The notes: generated by a model not told the origin, from the sequence alone. DNA of 35,636 bases from Candidatus Velthaea sp. (GCA_965214935.1 CBDCCS010000006.1:1-35636); one strand, 5' to 3'; shown: positions 1-10,057, counted from the stretch's first letter. A program made the numbers and translations.

Positions 1-1
1 C

Positions 2-544
2 GGCTTTCTCTACGACGCATCGTCGCTGCCGACGTGTATCGGTCCGATCGCTCGGGCCTATTACTTTGCGACAGCCAAGATGACACCAGCCGAACGCGCG
101 CAACGCAGTGCGCTCTTTGGTTCCGTTCGCGATGCGTTGCGCCCGCTCAAGCCGTATATGGTCACGACCGGCTCCGGACCGTTGCTCGAATTGCCGGTAA
201 CCACATTCCCAGGTTTACGGCTACCGATTCACTTTAGTTACGTGCTATATTTGGCGGAACGATCCGAATTTGCCGCGTTAACGTACTTCCGGCTGGCGAT
301 GCAAGCCTGTTTGATCGGTGGCGTTCAGCCGTCGCTGCTGCTGCATCCCCTGGACTTTCTGGTGGCGGACGATATGCCGTCGCTGGCCTTCTTTCCGGCG
401 ATGCATATGGCGCGTGAACGCAAGCGCCGGGTTCTCGACGCAACCTTGCGCGAGTTTTCCAAGCGCTTCGCCATCGTCGGCACCGGCGAACATGCGCGGC
501 AGTCAATTCAGGGACTGGCCCGCGATCCGAAAGTGGCCGCCTAA
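2..544 (+). CDS. Polysaccharide deacetylase family protein (CE4/NodB-like), C-terminal part; 5' end lies outside the window
   Basis: The frame is open from nt 2 (GFLYDASSLPT...) into the listed ORF at 80. Motifs GFLYDAS, LLELPVTT and LLLHPLDF match the YDSS / ElPv / hHPw motifs of deacetylase C-termini. Confidence 0.75.
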   Translation, partial: GFLYDASSLPTCIGPIARAYYFATAKMTPAERAQRSALFGSVRDALRPLKPYMVTTGSGPLLELPVTTFPGLRLPIHFSYVLYLAERSEFAALTYFRLAMQACLIGGVQPSLLLHPLDFLVADDMPSLAFFPAMHMARERKRRVLDATLREFSKRFAIVGTGEHARQSIQGLARDPKVAA

Positions 545-580
545 CGGGGCAGCCCCCGGAGTTTACTGGGCCACGCCGCC

Positions 581-634
581 CGCCCAGCCGTACGCGCGAC
601 GCTTGTTGTCCAAGCTGTACGCGCGAAGCTTATT
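581..634. repeat. Imperfect 27-bp tandem duplication (2 copies)
   Basis: cgcccagccgtacgcgcgacgcttgtt / gtccaagctgtacgcgcgaagcttatt; 21 of 27 positions identical by hand count. Confidence 0.6.
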
Positions 635-1045
635 CCTAAGCCGTTCGGGCAGCCGGCGGCGCTCTCCAACCGCCGCAGGCCCAGCGTCGGTTTGTTGCCG
701 AACGTTAGCGGGTGACGCGACCGGGGCTGACGTTCTGAGCAGCGCGCGCTGCCACCGAATCGATTTGCGCTTGCGTCCAAGGCTTGTCGAACCCGATGCC
801 GGTCCCGCGGTCGGACAAGTCGTTCGCGATTCCAAGATCGCTTGTGACCGCGGCCGGAATTCCATCAATCTTCGTTGGTGGCGCGGTGAAGAATTGGGGC
901 GCCAGACTTTCAAGCGACAAATTACCACTCCTGGAGTGCGACCGCAATGCGCGGTAGGTATTGGTTTCGCTTTACGTGCGGCATTCACTTCCAAGCACAG
1001 TCGCGAACCCGTTTTAACTGCCGGCTCGGCTAATACATGATTTCC

Positions 1046-3160
1046 CTACCGTCGCGATCGTCGAGCATAGTGCGCTAGCCGATCATTTATTCGTATGGTG
1101 AGCCAGAGGAACCGTCGACGAAGTTTGGGCGCCTGCAACTTCGCCCAATACGTTAATTCGAGTAAAAGGCGGTATGGTAGAGCGCTCGCCATCGCCGTGC
1201 CGCGCGGCCAACTATGATCCGAACGGATTGAAAGTCGTCGTGCCATCAGCGCCGCAACGATCTGGTTGAAGCGGACGGGCTCCGCTAGTGGCAGCACAAC
1301 GCTGTTGTTCCTCGTAGTTTCAACCGGGAAGGTGCCCCAGTAGCGAACCTCAAGCGGCGTTGGCTCGAGCCAGAAGCGTTTGAGGACCGCAGAAACCGAA
1401 TGCCGCGCGTCCACGCTTAAATCGATCAGATCAGGATCGATTTTGAGCGTTGCCACGAAAGCATCCAGAAAAGCGGCAGTGGTTTCTCGCAGGACCGGCA
1501 AACCCCAAGTTTGCATTGGCGATTCGCCAGCCCGGAACACCGGCTCAACGTGATCGCCGGCGCGTCCAAAGCTGCTGACGGCACCATGGTCGGCAGCACA
1601 AAACATCTCGACGAGCGAGGTTGTCGATGCGAGATACGGGAGGAAGCCGCGATCTGACGCAGCGTCAAAAAACCAAGCGTTGAGTTTAGGGATATTACCG
1701 GTGCCGGCGACAACGTGAGCGTCGCGATCGAGACCGAAAAAGTAGTAGTGCGCCGGTAATCCATCGGGATTTGAAGCCAACATCGCGCTAAGCGCGCCGG
1801 CAATGCTGCATCGCCAGCCAACGTCCACAAGACCGAATGGAATTCCGTCGTTCCAGCCTTCCTGGCCAAGATACGCGGAGAGAATCGCGCGAATGTCGGC
1901 CCCTTTCTGCTGAATCACGCTGCGGATTCGTTCGTCGGCCAGCACGTCACGGAGCTTTGCGCGTTCGGCAGAAGAAAGATTGCGCGTCCACTGCGCCCGT
2001 CGGGCGAAAGTCGCAGGTAGAAACGGGAGAATGAGCTCTGGGTCGAGGTGCAGAGCTTCGACCACGTCGAGCATTCGGCAACGTCGCAAACGCAAGAGAT
2101 CGCGAAGAACATCCGCTGCGGATCCGCCGCATTGTACCGATTGGCGGCTACCGTACATATAGCGAAATTCTAACCCGGTACGCAGAATCGGTTCGAGCCG
2201 CCGCGCGACGTCAAGCAACACCTGGCCGTCTCGACTCATAAAGTACAGCCGCTTGCAGCCATCGCGCACGGCACGGCGCAATGTCCAAATCATCCAAGCC
2301 GTGAGCAAGGGGGCCATCACCCCTGCTGCAACCGCGCGCAAAACCCGCTCCCGCTCGGTCGCACCGGGGAAAGCGAGACGCGCCGTACGCGACGAGCCCG
2401 CGAAAATCGACGAAAGGCCACCGGTCATCCATGCATCAGCGCTTAATTCGCGCTCGTAGCGATTTAGATTTGCGTCGGCAAGATGCCGCACCCTCCATCC
2501 GGCTAAGCGACCATTGCGCACATCGGCTGTCGGATTATTACCGTAATACGTGAACGCCTCTTCGCGCGCATGCAACGTTCGAGCGACGTGCGCAAACAAT
2601 AAACCGCGTGCCTTATCGACGCCACATTCGCACGACGCAAAAATCGCATCGCCCGGCATCCATAATCCGTGTACTGTTAAAAGATCGCGAACAAACGTCG
2701 CCGGGAAATACGTATCCGTTATAAAAACGATGGAGTCACCGCCCGAACGCGATGTGTGGAGCAAAGCGGCGGCGCCGCCAATCGGGCGGGTCAGTTGTTC
2801 TTCTAAGCGCATTTCGGCCTGCGCCAGCATCAGTGCATCGTCGGCACTTAACTCTAACGCTTGCGCCAACTCATCGCAAACGTCCGCGAGCGTCGGATGG
2901 GCGTCGTTTTTGGCGAAGGCTCGCCGTTGGGCATCACGCCGTTGCCGAGCAAAAATTTCGGCCGTGCAGGCGATCCGCCCGGTACGAAGCAATCGCCTTC
3001 CCAGCAGTAGGTAAAGGTCTTCGGGGTTGCCGACCGCTCGTGTTAAAAGAGTGTCGAAAACGTCAAAGCCGGCGTAGGGCTTGGTGGACGCACCCAGCCA
3101 GAACACATCAGTCGCGCGCGGTCTTTGCGCGTCGGCATGGTCGCACGGGCTACAGCGCAA
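1046..3160 (-). CDS. HAD phosphatase plus PRTase-like dual-domain protein; candidate PRPP-dependent ribofuranosyltransferase
   Basis: N-terminal HAD motifs FDVFDTLL, FITDTY, the K of GVDKARG and GNNPTAD. The C-terminal half has LYFMSRDG and the PRPP-loop-like LVDVGWRCS. It sits downstream of GT genes. The exact start is uncertain (TTG 3160 or GTG ~3106). Confidence 0.7.
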   Translation of the reverse strand: MRCSPCDHADAQRPRATDVFWLGASTKPYAGFDVFDTLLTRAVGNPEDLYLLLGRRLLRTGRIACTAEIFARQRRDAQRRAFAKNDAHPTLADVCDELAQALELSADDALMLAQAEMRLEEQLTRPIGGAAALLHTSRSGGDSIVFITDTYFPATFVRDLLTVHGLWMPGDAIFASCECGVDKARGLLFAHVARTLHAREEAFTYYGNNPTADVRNGRLAGWRVRHLADANLNRYERELSADAWMTGGLSSIFAGSSRTARLAFPGATERERVLRAVAAGVMAPLLTAWMIWTLRRAVRDGCKRLYFMSRDGQVLLDVARRLEPILRTGLEFRYMYGSRQSVQCGGSAADVLRDLLRLRRCRMLDVVEALHLDPELILPFLPATFARRAQWTRNLSSAERAKLRDVLADERIRSVIQQKGADIRAILSAYLGQEGWNDGIPFGLVDVGWRCSIAGALSAMLASNPDGLPAHYYFFGLDRDAHVVAGTGNIPKLNAWFFDAASDRGFLPYLASTTSLVEMFCAADHGAVSSFGRAGDHVEPVFRAGESPMQTWGLPVLRETTAAFLDAFVATLKIDPDLIDLSVDARHSVSAVLKRFWLEPTPLEVRYWGTFPVETTRNNSVVLPLAEPVRFNQIVAALMARRLSIRSDHSWPRGTAMASALPYRLLLELTYWAKLQAPKLRRRFLWLTIRINDRLAHYARRSRR

Positions 3161-3433
3161 GACGGTTAGGAGCAGCGACGATCGTTAGAGTGCACGGTCG
3201 CGGTGCGGGCATACGTGAGTGGCACAGCGCCCAACAATGTCTTGAGCACCGGCTCGGCGACGGTCACATGCGCAGATAGCATCGCCGTACCAGATGCGTC
3301 ACTCGCGCCAAAAGTCACTTCGAGGCTAGCGAGCGGCCGACACCGTTTTGGGCTTCGTGCGACACCCGAGCCGTTTCTGATCGAAAGCGTAGCTCAGTAT
3401 GAGCCGACCGAAGACATCTGCCTCAGCCGCAGA

Positions 3434-4600
3434 TTAGTGGATAGCCTCGACAATGTGCGGCGACACGGCGGCCTTGCCCGCGGCGCGGCGCAGGACAGCG
3501 GCCACGCGACGCGCGTGTTCCGGCGCCTCGAATCGCACGCTGCCCTGGCGCGCCGCGTGCCCGGCGCGGCTCCGAAATGCGGCATCGCGAACCAATGTGG
3601 TAAATGCTGACCCAAGTGCCGCGATATCCCCGGCGCGCACGAGCAAGCCGTCTTCGCCGTTACGAATGATGTCGACCGCGCCGCCATCGTCGAACGCCAC
3701 CGTCGGTACACCCGCGGCGGCCGCCTCGACGATCGAGCGTCCGAACGGCTCCCGTTCCGAAGCATTGCAATGAACATCGAGCGCCGCATAGGCGATGCGC
3801 GGATCGTCGAGCCAGGGCACGAAGGTTACGCGATCGCCGAGACCGAGATCGTGCGCGAGCGCGTGCAATTCCGGCACAAAGTCAGCGTCACGAAAGCGGG
3901 CCTCTCCGATTATCGCGCAGCGAACGGGCAGTGCAGCGTTTGCCATTGCTGCGGCACGCAAAAAGCGGTCGTGACCTTTCCAGCGATTGATCCGCCCGAC
4001 GATCCCGAGTAACGGCGAGCCGTCATCGGGGATGCCGAGTTGCCGCCGCGCATCGGCTCGCGGCGGCAGTTTTACGTAGCTCGACAGATCGACCGGGTTG
4101 GGGATTACCGATGTCCTGGGAAGCCCGTACCAGCGCGCTAGCACACTCGAAATCGCAATGCGTTCGCGCGTACACGTTCGCGCCAGGAAGCGCAGCGCAG
4201 TCCGGCCCAATCCGTCGACCATGTCACGCACGTGCATGAGCGCAGGCGTTGCCGTCAATCGCGCGGCCGGCGATCCGATCATATGTGCTTTCATAGTGTT
4301 GGTGTCGATGAGATCGAATCGTTGTGCCGCGAAGTAGCGCGCCAGCGTGAACGTGACGCCCGGAAGCGCTACCGCTCCCGCGGAGGACGGCTTCTCGCGC
4401 GTCACTTCGCGCAGCCGCTGCGGAACATCGATGACATGCGTCGCGATGCCGAGACCCCGCATGCGTTCGGCAAACTCGCCGTCCTCAAACATGACGAGCG
4501 TCGGCTCTATATCAACCGGCAGGTGGCGCAGCAACAACGCTAGACTTTCCTCGGCACCGCCGGCTTTGCCACCGGTTTGACTGATGAAGGCTACGCGCAC
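3434..4600 (-). CDS. Glycosyltransferase family 4 (GT-B)
   Basis: GGAEE N-terminal loop, VGRINRWKG and EPFGRSIVEA (Ex7E) motifs. Confidence 0.92.
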   Translation of the reverse strand: MRVAFISQTGGKAGGAEESLALLLRHLPVDIEPTLVMFEDGEFAERMRGLGIATHVIDVPQRLREVTREKPSSAGAVALPGVTFTLARYFAAQRFDLIDTNTMKAHMIGSPAARLTATPALMHVRDMVDGLGRTALRFLARTCTRERIAISSVLARWYGLPRTSVIPNPVDLSSYVKLPPRADARRQLGIPDDGSPLLGIVGRINRWKGHDRFLRAAAMANAALPVRCAIIGEARFRDADFVPELHALAHDLGLGDRVTFVPWLDDPRIAYAALDVHCNASEREPFGRSIVEAAAAGVPTVAFDDGGAVDIIRNGEDGLLVRAGDIAALGSAFTTLVRDAAFRSRAGHAARQGSVRFEAPEHARRVAAVLRRAAGKAAVSPHIVEAIH

Positions 4601-4621
4601 GGGCGGCGCATTACGCCGAAT

Positions 4622-5680
4622 TCAACGCGCTTCGGCAACGCGGTCCGTCGGAGGCTCGCGGTCATTGCGCCACGTGTCGTTCCAGGCGAAAATGCGTCCG
4701 CGCAAACACGCCACGGTTTTTGCCACCGCGAGCGAACGTTGACGTGGAAAAAACCGCAGGCACTGTAACACGCCGGGAGAGACGCGCGTACCGACAACCA
4801 TCGCCCACCAAAAGAACGCCACCCGCTCGGCGTTCGACAGGTGCTCGAGGCGAATCAAGGCTTCGTTATACGCCATGTTTTCGGTCGCTCGTGCATTGAA
4901 ACCTTGACGCTGATCCTCGTCAAATCGAGGCGCCGGATAATGGTCGACGGCGACTTTCGGATCGTAGATTAGCCGCCAGCCCGCGCGGCGGAGTGCGATA
5001 CCCAAGCTGATCTCCCAGTGTACTTGTGCGCCGGTTCCACGCAACCGCGTATCGAAGCCGATCGGCTGGAGCGCAGACGTACGATACGATCCATTAACGC
5101 CTTTGAGAATATCGACTTCGCGCGGCGGCCCATATCCGATATGGTGGTTACCCACATGTTTTCCGAAGGTCGGAACCTTACCAACTACGCGCGCGCGGCC
5201 GTCTTGCAAGGCCCCGCCGAGATGTAAGAAGTCGCGGCCGCCGACGCCACCGACGTTCGGATTTGCGTCGAACTGGGCGCAAATTCGCTCGAGCCAGTCG
5301 ACGTGCGGCGCGGCGTCGTCGTCGGTTATTGCAACGTAGTCGGTACGAACGCGTTCAAGCCCCGCATTGAGCGCCTGCACCTGCCCCGGCACGTGCACGG
5401 AAACCGTCGTCAGCGGCAGTCCCGCAAACGCTTGCGCGGCAAGCATTTCCCACGTGTCCGTATCGGTGTCGCGTACCACAACGAGTACTTTGTCGGGCGG
5501 ACGGGACTGCGCCGCAAGCGCGACCAAACATCGGCGAAGATCGTCCGGGCGTCGATACGTCGGAACGATGACCGTCATGCTTCGCGCCTGGGCATCGCGA
5601 CCATGCGCGCGCTCATCGAGCGCTTCGACCAGACGCGCGTGAGATTCATCACTGCGATATGTCATACCGGTTGTACTCAC
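4622..5680 (-). CDS. Glycosyltransferase family 2 (GT-A)
   Basis: VIVPTYRR, ALNAG, AITDDD (DxD) and LIYDP motifs. Confidence 0.92.
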   Translation of the reverse strand: MSTTGMTYRSDESHARLVEALDERAHGRDAQARSMTVIVPTYRRPDDLRRCLVALAAQSRPPDKVLVVVRDTDTDTWEMLAAQAFAGLPLTTVSVHVPGQVQALNAGLERVRTDYVAITDDDAAPHVDWLERICAQFDANPNVGGVGGRDFLHLGGALQDGRARVVGKVPTFGKHVGNHHIGYGPPREVDILKGVNGSYRTSALQPIGFDTRLRGTGAQVHWEISLGIALRRAGWRLIYDPKVAVDHYPAPRFDEDQRQGFNARATENMAYNEALIRLEHLSNAERVAFFWWAMVVGTRVSPGVLQCLRFFPRQRSLAVAKTVACLRGRIFAWNDTWRNDREPPTDRVAEAR

Positions 5681-5791
5681 AAATCGCTCCGTGTAACGAA
5701 CTGAAACTGACCATTAAACTGGTCGGACTGAAACCGAAAAAAACCAAATTCGGCGCCCAAAGCAGTGACGGCTTTCAAAGACGGCGTCGCA

Positions 5792-6964
5792 TTAGCGCAC
5801 ACGAACGGTCTGCGTTCCTGAACGGCGGAAAGGCTCAGCCGAATCGCGCGCCGGCGCGCGCATTCCAAACCAACCGTCGGTAACCTCCGATACCGCGTCG
5901 GCAAGCGCGGACTCGAAGCGCGCGAACGAGAAATTCTGCGCATGGCGTGCAATTTCGCGGGCATCAAAGGTTAGCGACTCGAACCGAAGTATCGCTTCGA
6001 CAAAGGCGTCGACGCTCTGCTCGGCGGCAAAGACCCCCGTCACTCCATCAACGACGGTGTCGAGTGCGCCGCCGCGACCGAAAGCAATGACCGGGCGTCC
6101 GCACGCCATTACCTCCACCGGCGTCATTCCAAAATCTTCAAAGCCGGGAAATAGCAGCGCACGGCACCCGCGAATGAGTTCGATAAGACGCTCGTCGCTT
6201 ACATGTCCAAGGTATTCCGCCGCTCCGCGGGTGTGGGATTTGTCCGGTCCGGTTCCGACGACGACCAATCGCCGGCCGAGTCTTGCGGCCGCGGCGACGG
6301 CCAGATCGACGCGTTTGTAAGGTACGAGGCGAGACGCCACCAGATAATAGTCGCCGACCGCTACGGACTCATCGAGCGTGAAACGCTCCGTATCGATCGC
6401 GGGATAAACGATGCGGCTGTCTCGGCCGTAGTGTCGGCTAATCCGCTCACGTGTCGTCGTGCTATTCGCGAGGAAGAGATCGACGCGTCCTGCCGTCACA
6501 TAGTCCCACTCGCGCAGGCGCGAAAGCGAGCGTGCTGCAAACGGCCGTAGCGGCGAGGGAAGCCCCTCGAGTTCTTCAGCGGTACGCTCCCACAGCGCTC
6601 GCATCGGCGTGTGGCAGTAGCAAAGGTGCCGCTGCTCGCTGTTACGCAGAACGCCTTTTGCCGCCGTGTGGTGCGAAGAGATAATGAGATCGTAAGGGCG
6701 TAGATCAAAACTCTCGACCGCACCGGGGTAGAACGGCAATAGCCACCGATGACGGCGCGTTGCACCCGGAATGCGTTGCAGGCCCGACGGATGTACCCGC
6801 TGTGCGATCTGCGGCGGGCCGGTTACCGCCGAATAAAGGATCGCAAAAATGGGTGCGTCGGGATAGATACGCGCAAGCACATCGGCGACGATCTTCTCTG
6901 CGCCGCCGCGTTGAACGAGCGGGTCGGAAACAATTGCCACGCGAGGTATTCGCTGCCTAGTCAC
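5792..6964 (-). CDS. Glycosyltransferase family 4 (WbaZ/mannosyltransferase-like)
   Basis: QRGGAE, YCHTPMR, SRLVPYKR and EDFGMTPVEVMACG motifs. Confidence 0.9.
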   Translation of the reverse strand: MTRQRIPRVAIVSDPLVQRGGAEKIVADVLARIYPDAPIFAILYSAVTGPPQIAQRVHPSGLQRIPGATRRHRWLLPFYPGAVESFDLRPYDLIISSHHTAAKGVLRNSEQRHLCYCHTPMRALWERTAEELEGLPSPLRPFAARSLSRLREWDYVTAGRVDLFLANSTTTRERISRHYGRDSRIVYPAIDTERFTLDESVAVGDYYLVASRLVPYKRVDLAVAAAARLGRRLVVVGTGPDKSHTRGAAEYLGHVSDERLIELIRGCRALLFPGFEDFGMTPVEVMACGRPVIAFGRGGALDTVVDGVTGVFAAEQSVDAFVEAILRFESLTFDAREIARHAQNFSFARFESALADAVSEVTDGWFGMRAPARDSAEPFRRSGTQTVRVR

Positions 6965-8131
6965 TCGATCTCACCATCCAACCCGTTCGCAAGGCGGTAA
7001 AATTGCACCTTATTGCCCCACCGGATCGACCGGATGCCGAGGCGTTTCATCATGCCGTGATGGCCGGATTCAACGGCAATATTGCTCGCCAAACAAGGAG
7101 GCGCTCACACGCTGGATTATCGTTATCAGAATTGTTGCTTTCATTGATGTGCGATAACGCACTCCTAGGTCCAATTCAAGATCTCTTCGCCGCGTGACGG
7201 CGCTGTTGGCCCACGTCGGCCGCTCCAAAGATCGAGCAAGAGCGAACGTCAACGGTCAGCGCCCGTATTTAGAACACTACCGTAACCTCGACAAATTCGC
7301 AATGCATAGCTGAAATGAACCGGTGACGGTAATTTTCTTGCACGGCCGGCTACAGCGGAATACACAATCGCGGCAAAAACGGTGCGCAGAGCGCCGCTGC
7401 GCCTGTTCGTGATTATAAATCGTCCCAGTCGCGCCCGTGTCTGCTTGGTTAGCGCTTGCAAAAGTTGCGTCAGGGAAGATGTTGCAAGCAACGCCGGGCG
7501 ACGCGGCGAACGAAAGACCCGAACCAGAACACTTCGCGCGTTCATAATATACAGCGCGCAAACCGGCAGACGCGTTGGGCAGCGCAACGATGGGATCGTT
7601 GGAAATTATTTGATCGATTTAGATGCGACGATGCACGTACGCCTGACGACGCTATTGCTACGATGTTGCTATCAGCGTCAATGCAGAGACATTGGCTCGA
7701 GGACGGTGTCGTATCCGCGAACGGTGCTTTTCCCCGTGGCATCCGACGGGGCATTCGCTCAAGCACGATCAGCAGGCGAGTGCGATGCCTCTCGCTCGCT
7801 GCGCACGCTTCGGCTTCCGGCGATCGCCCAGTATCGCTCGCTAGCGTGCGCGACTCGTGCACAAAGCAACGTATAATGCGCCGGCTCGAGCTGCACGCGC
7901 CGACGGTGCAACGATGCCGCTAGGCTACGGCGCTTCTCATTGATGGCCAAGCCGTCGAGAGTACGCGGCACGGGGGAAAGCATTAGAATTACGACCGACG
8001 TTGCACTGGCATGTGCACGAGAAAGCGGCTCACATGGAATCGTGCAATTTAGCTCTCAACATCCCGAACATACTGAGGCGAACTTTTATGCTAACGCCGC
8101 CTGACCGGAGTCAATCAACCGGAATCGCTTC

Positions 8132-9707
8132 GTGATTATCGATTTCGAAACGATCGACAATGACAGCGTCTTCGACGCCGATCTGTGCATCGTTGGTGCG
8201 GGAGCCTCCGGCATCACCATGGCGCTCGAGTTCGCGAACTCCGTAAAACGCGTCATTCTGGTGGAAAGCGGAAGCTTCGGCGTGAATGATGCTTATGAGA
8301 GCCTCAACGCCGGTGAGGTGGACGGATTAGCTTTCGTCGGTCTGCAAGGCGGTAGACGGCGCGGTCTCGGCGGTACGACCGCAGCGTGGGGTGGTCAATG
8401 CTGCGAGCTTGACGCCGCTGATTTCAGCGAGCGGGCATGGCTCCCAGACAGCGGTTGGCCGTTTCCGCGAGCGCAACTCGAGCCGTTCTACCGTCGTGCG
8501 GAGTACGTCTTCAACGTCAGCGGCGAACGATACGACGAGTCGAATTGGCGTCGGTTCGGGCTTACGCCCGTACCGCTTGGTCACGAATTTCTCAACACAT
8601 CATTCTCGGTATTTTCGCCTCATCCGCGACTCGGACCGTTTTATCGTAAGGCACTCGTCGCGGCGCGGAACCTGCACGTCGTCCTCGGGGCCACCGTGAC
8701 CAACATTAGAACGAACGCGGCATGCACCTCGGTTGAAGGCGTCGAGGTCCGGAGCGCGTCGGGTCGACGGGCAAGCGTTCGTGCTCGGGTGATCGTCCTC
8801 TGTACCGGGACGATCGAGTCGGCGCGGCTGCTTCTCGCTTCGCGCGACGTTGCGCCCGGCGGAATCGGCAACGACTGCGATCTCGTCGGCCGTTACCTGC
8901 AAGATCATCCGACTGCAGATACGGCGACAATCACCGGCAGCGATACCCGCCACCTCCAGGAAATCTACGGTCTGCTCTATCGCGGTCGAACCTGGTATTG
9001 GCCAAAGCTCGCGCTCGCGCCCGCTTTAGCAAGTCGCGCACGGGCACTCAATGCGTCAGCGTTCGTGATGTTCGAATATGATTCCCCGGCGCTCGAGATT
9101 TTGCGCGACATTGTCCGCACAACGCGAACCGGCGGCCGATTGCAACTGTCCGCGTCGCGCATTGCGACGCTCGTCGCGGGGACATCGTCGGTCGTGCATG
9201 CCGGCTATCGCCGTTACCTTCGCGGCCGCTCTCCGCAGGCAAGACCGTCGAAAATCAACCTTACCTGTACGATCGAACAAGCCCCGAATCGCTATAGCCG
9301 CGTTATGCTTTCGAGCAAACGCGATACACTTGGAGTGCCGCTCCCGCTCGTCGATTGGCGCCTGACCGGAAATGGAGCATCGGACATTCCGGCTAATTAC
9401 CCAAACCGTCGCCGGCGAATTTGCACGTCTCGGGCTTGGAACCGTCAGCGCCCAGCCGTGGCTTGAGCGACCCGACGAACTCCCGTGGCCGGTTTGGGAT
9501 AATTACCATCAAACCGGTACGACACGCATGGCCGAGCACGCCGCTTCGGGCGTCGTTGATCCGAACTGTCAAGTGCATGGAGTTGCCGGTCTCTTCGTCG
9601 CCGGAGCACCAACGTTCCCGACTTCGGGATACGCGAATCCCGTCTTGACGATCGCCGCGATGACTATTCGTTTAAGCGACCATTTAAAGACTGCCATTCT
9701 CCACTAA
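8132..9707 (+). CDS. GMC-family FAD oxidoreductase, interrupted by a 1-nt frameshift at ~9368 (pseudogene or sequencing error)
   Basis: The first ORF has VGAGASG, GLGGTTAAWGG and VGRYLQDHP. The second ORF (9372-9707) has the C-terminal YHQTGTTRM, GVVDPNCQVHG and GYANPVLTI. Removing one G at 9368/9369 gives ...DWRLT-EMEHRTF..., about 524 aa. Confidence 0.85.
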
Positions 9708-9720
9708 AGCGGCGAGTCTC

Positions 9721-9756
9721 GCAAATAGCACCGGCGCAACCGGTGCTATTGCTTTG
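9721..9756 (+). terminator. Likely intrinsic terminator hairpin after the GMC gene
   Basis: Perfect 11-bp stem aatagcaccgg-cgcaa-ccggtgctatt just after the stop; only a short T tract follows. Confidence 0.6.
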
Positions 9757-9956
9757 TAGATCGCTCACGCGGAATCCGTCGGCATTGACGTACCAGCACT
9801 GATAGCGAGTGCTTTTGCGGTAGGCGACTCTGCCGCTCCCGTCATGCAGGCATGCGCCGCGACGGATTTTTCGACGCACCGGCCGTCCTTATTCGTAGGG
9901 TATCGAATGCGTCGAACATGTGACGATCTTCGCTTTTTTGTTTAATTTAAATTCTG

Positions 9957-9979
9957 TTGTAAAGCATCCCATTTTACAA
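9957..9979. promoter_or_regulatory. Palindromic candidate operator in the AT-rich promoter region of hydrolase paralog 1
   Basis: TTGTAAA-N9-TTTACAA next to an AT-rich tract (9934-9953), about 80 nt upstream of the GTG start. Confidence 0.35.
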
Positions 9980-10057
9980 GTCGACAACACTAATGAGTCC
10001 GCTGAACCCCCTTCACGCTGGACATCTCACTGACAAATAAATTTAAAGGATACCAAC

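Noticed and set aside
581..634. 27-bp repeat as a CRISPR remnant
   Set aside because: Only two adjacent, imperfect copies with no spacer and no cas genes.
318..1040. 240-aa plus-strand ORF
   Set aside because: Overlaps the deacetylase out of frame and has no protein-like features.
6991..7006. ggcggtaa as an RfaH ops element
   Set aside because: Does not match GGCGGTAGnnTG and is on the wrong strand for the adjacent minus-strand GT genes.
7249..7983. Several 75-165 aa ORFs on both strands in the long intergenic region
   Set aside because: They overlap each other, are Arg/Cys-rich, lack a clear RBS and show no family motif.
9360..9380. Programmed ribosomal frameshift in the GMC gene
   Set aside because: ACCGGAAAT is not a canonical X XXY YYZ slippery heptamer, and similar 1-nt indels elsewhere in the window point to error or decay.
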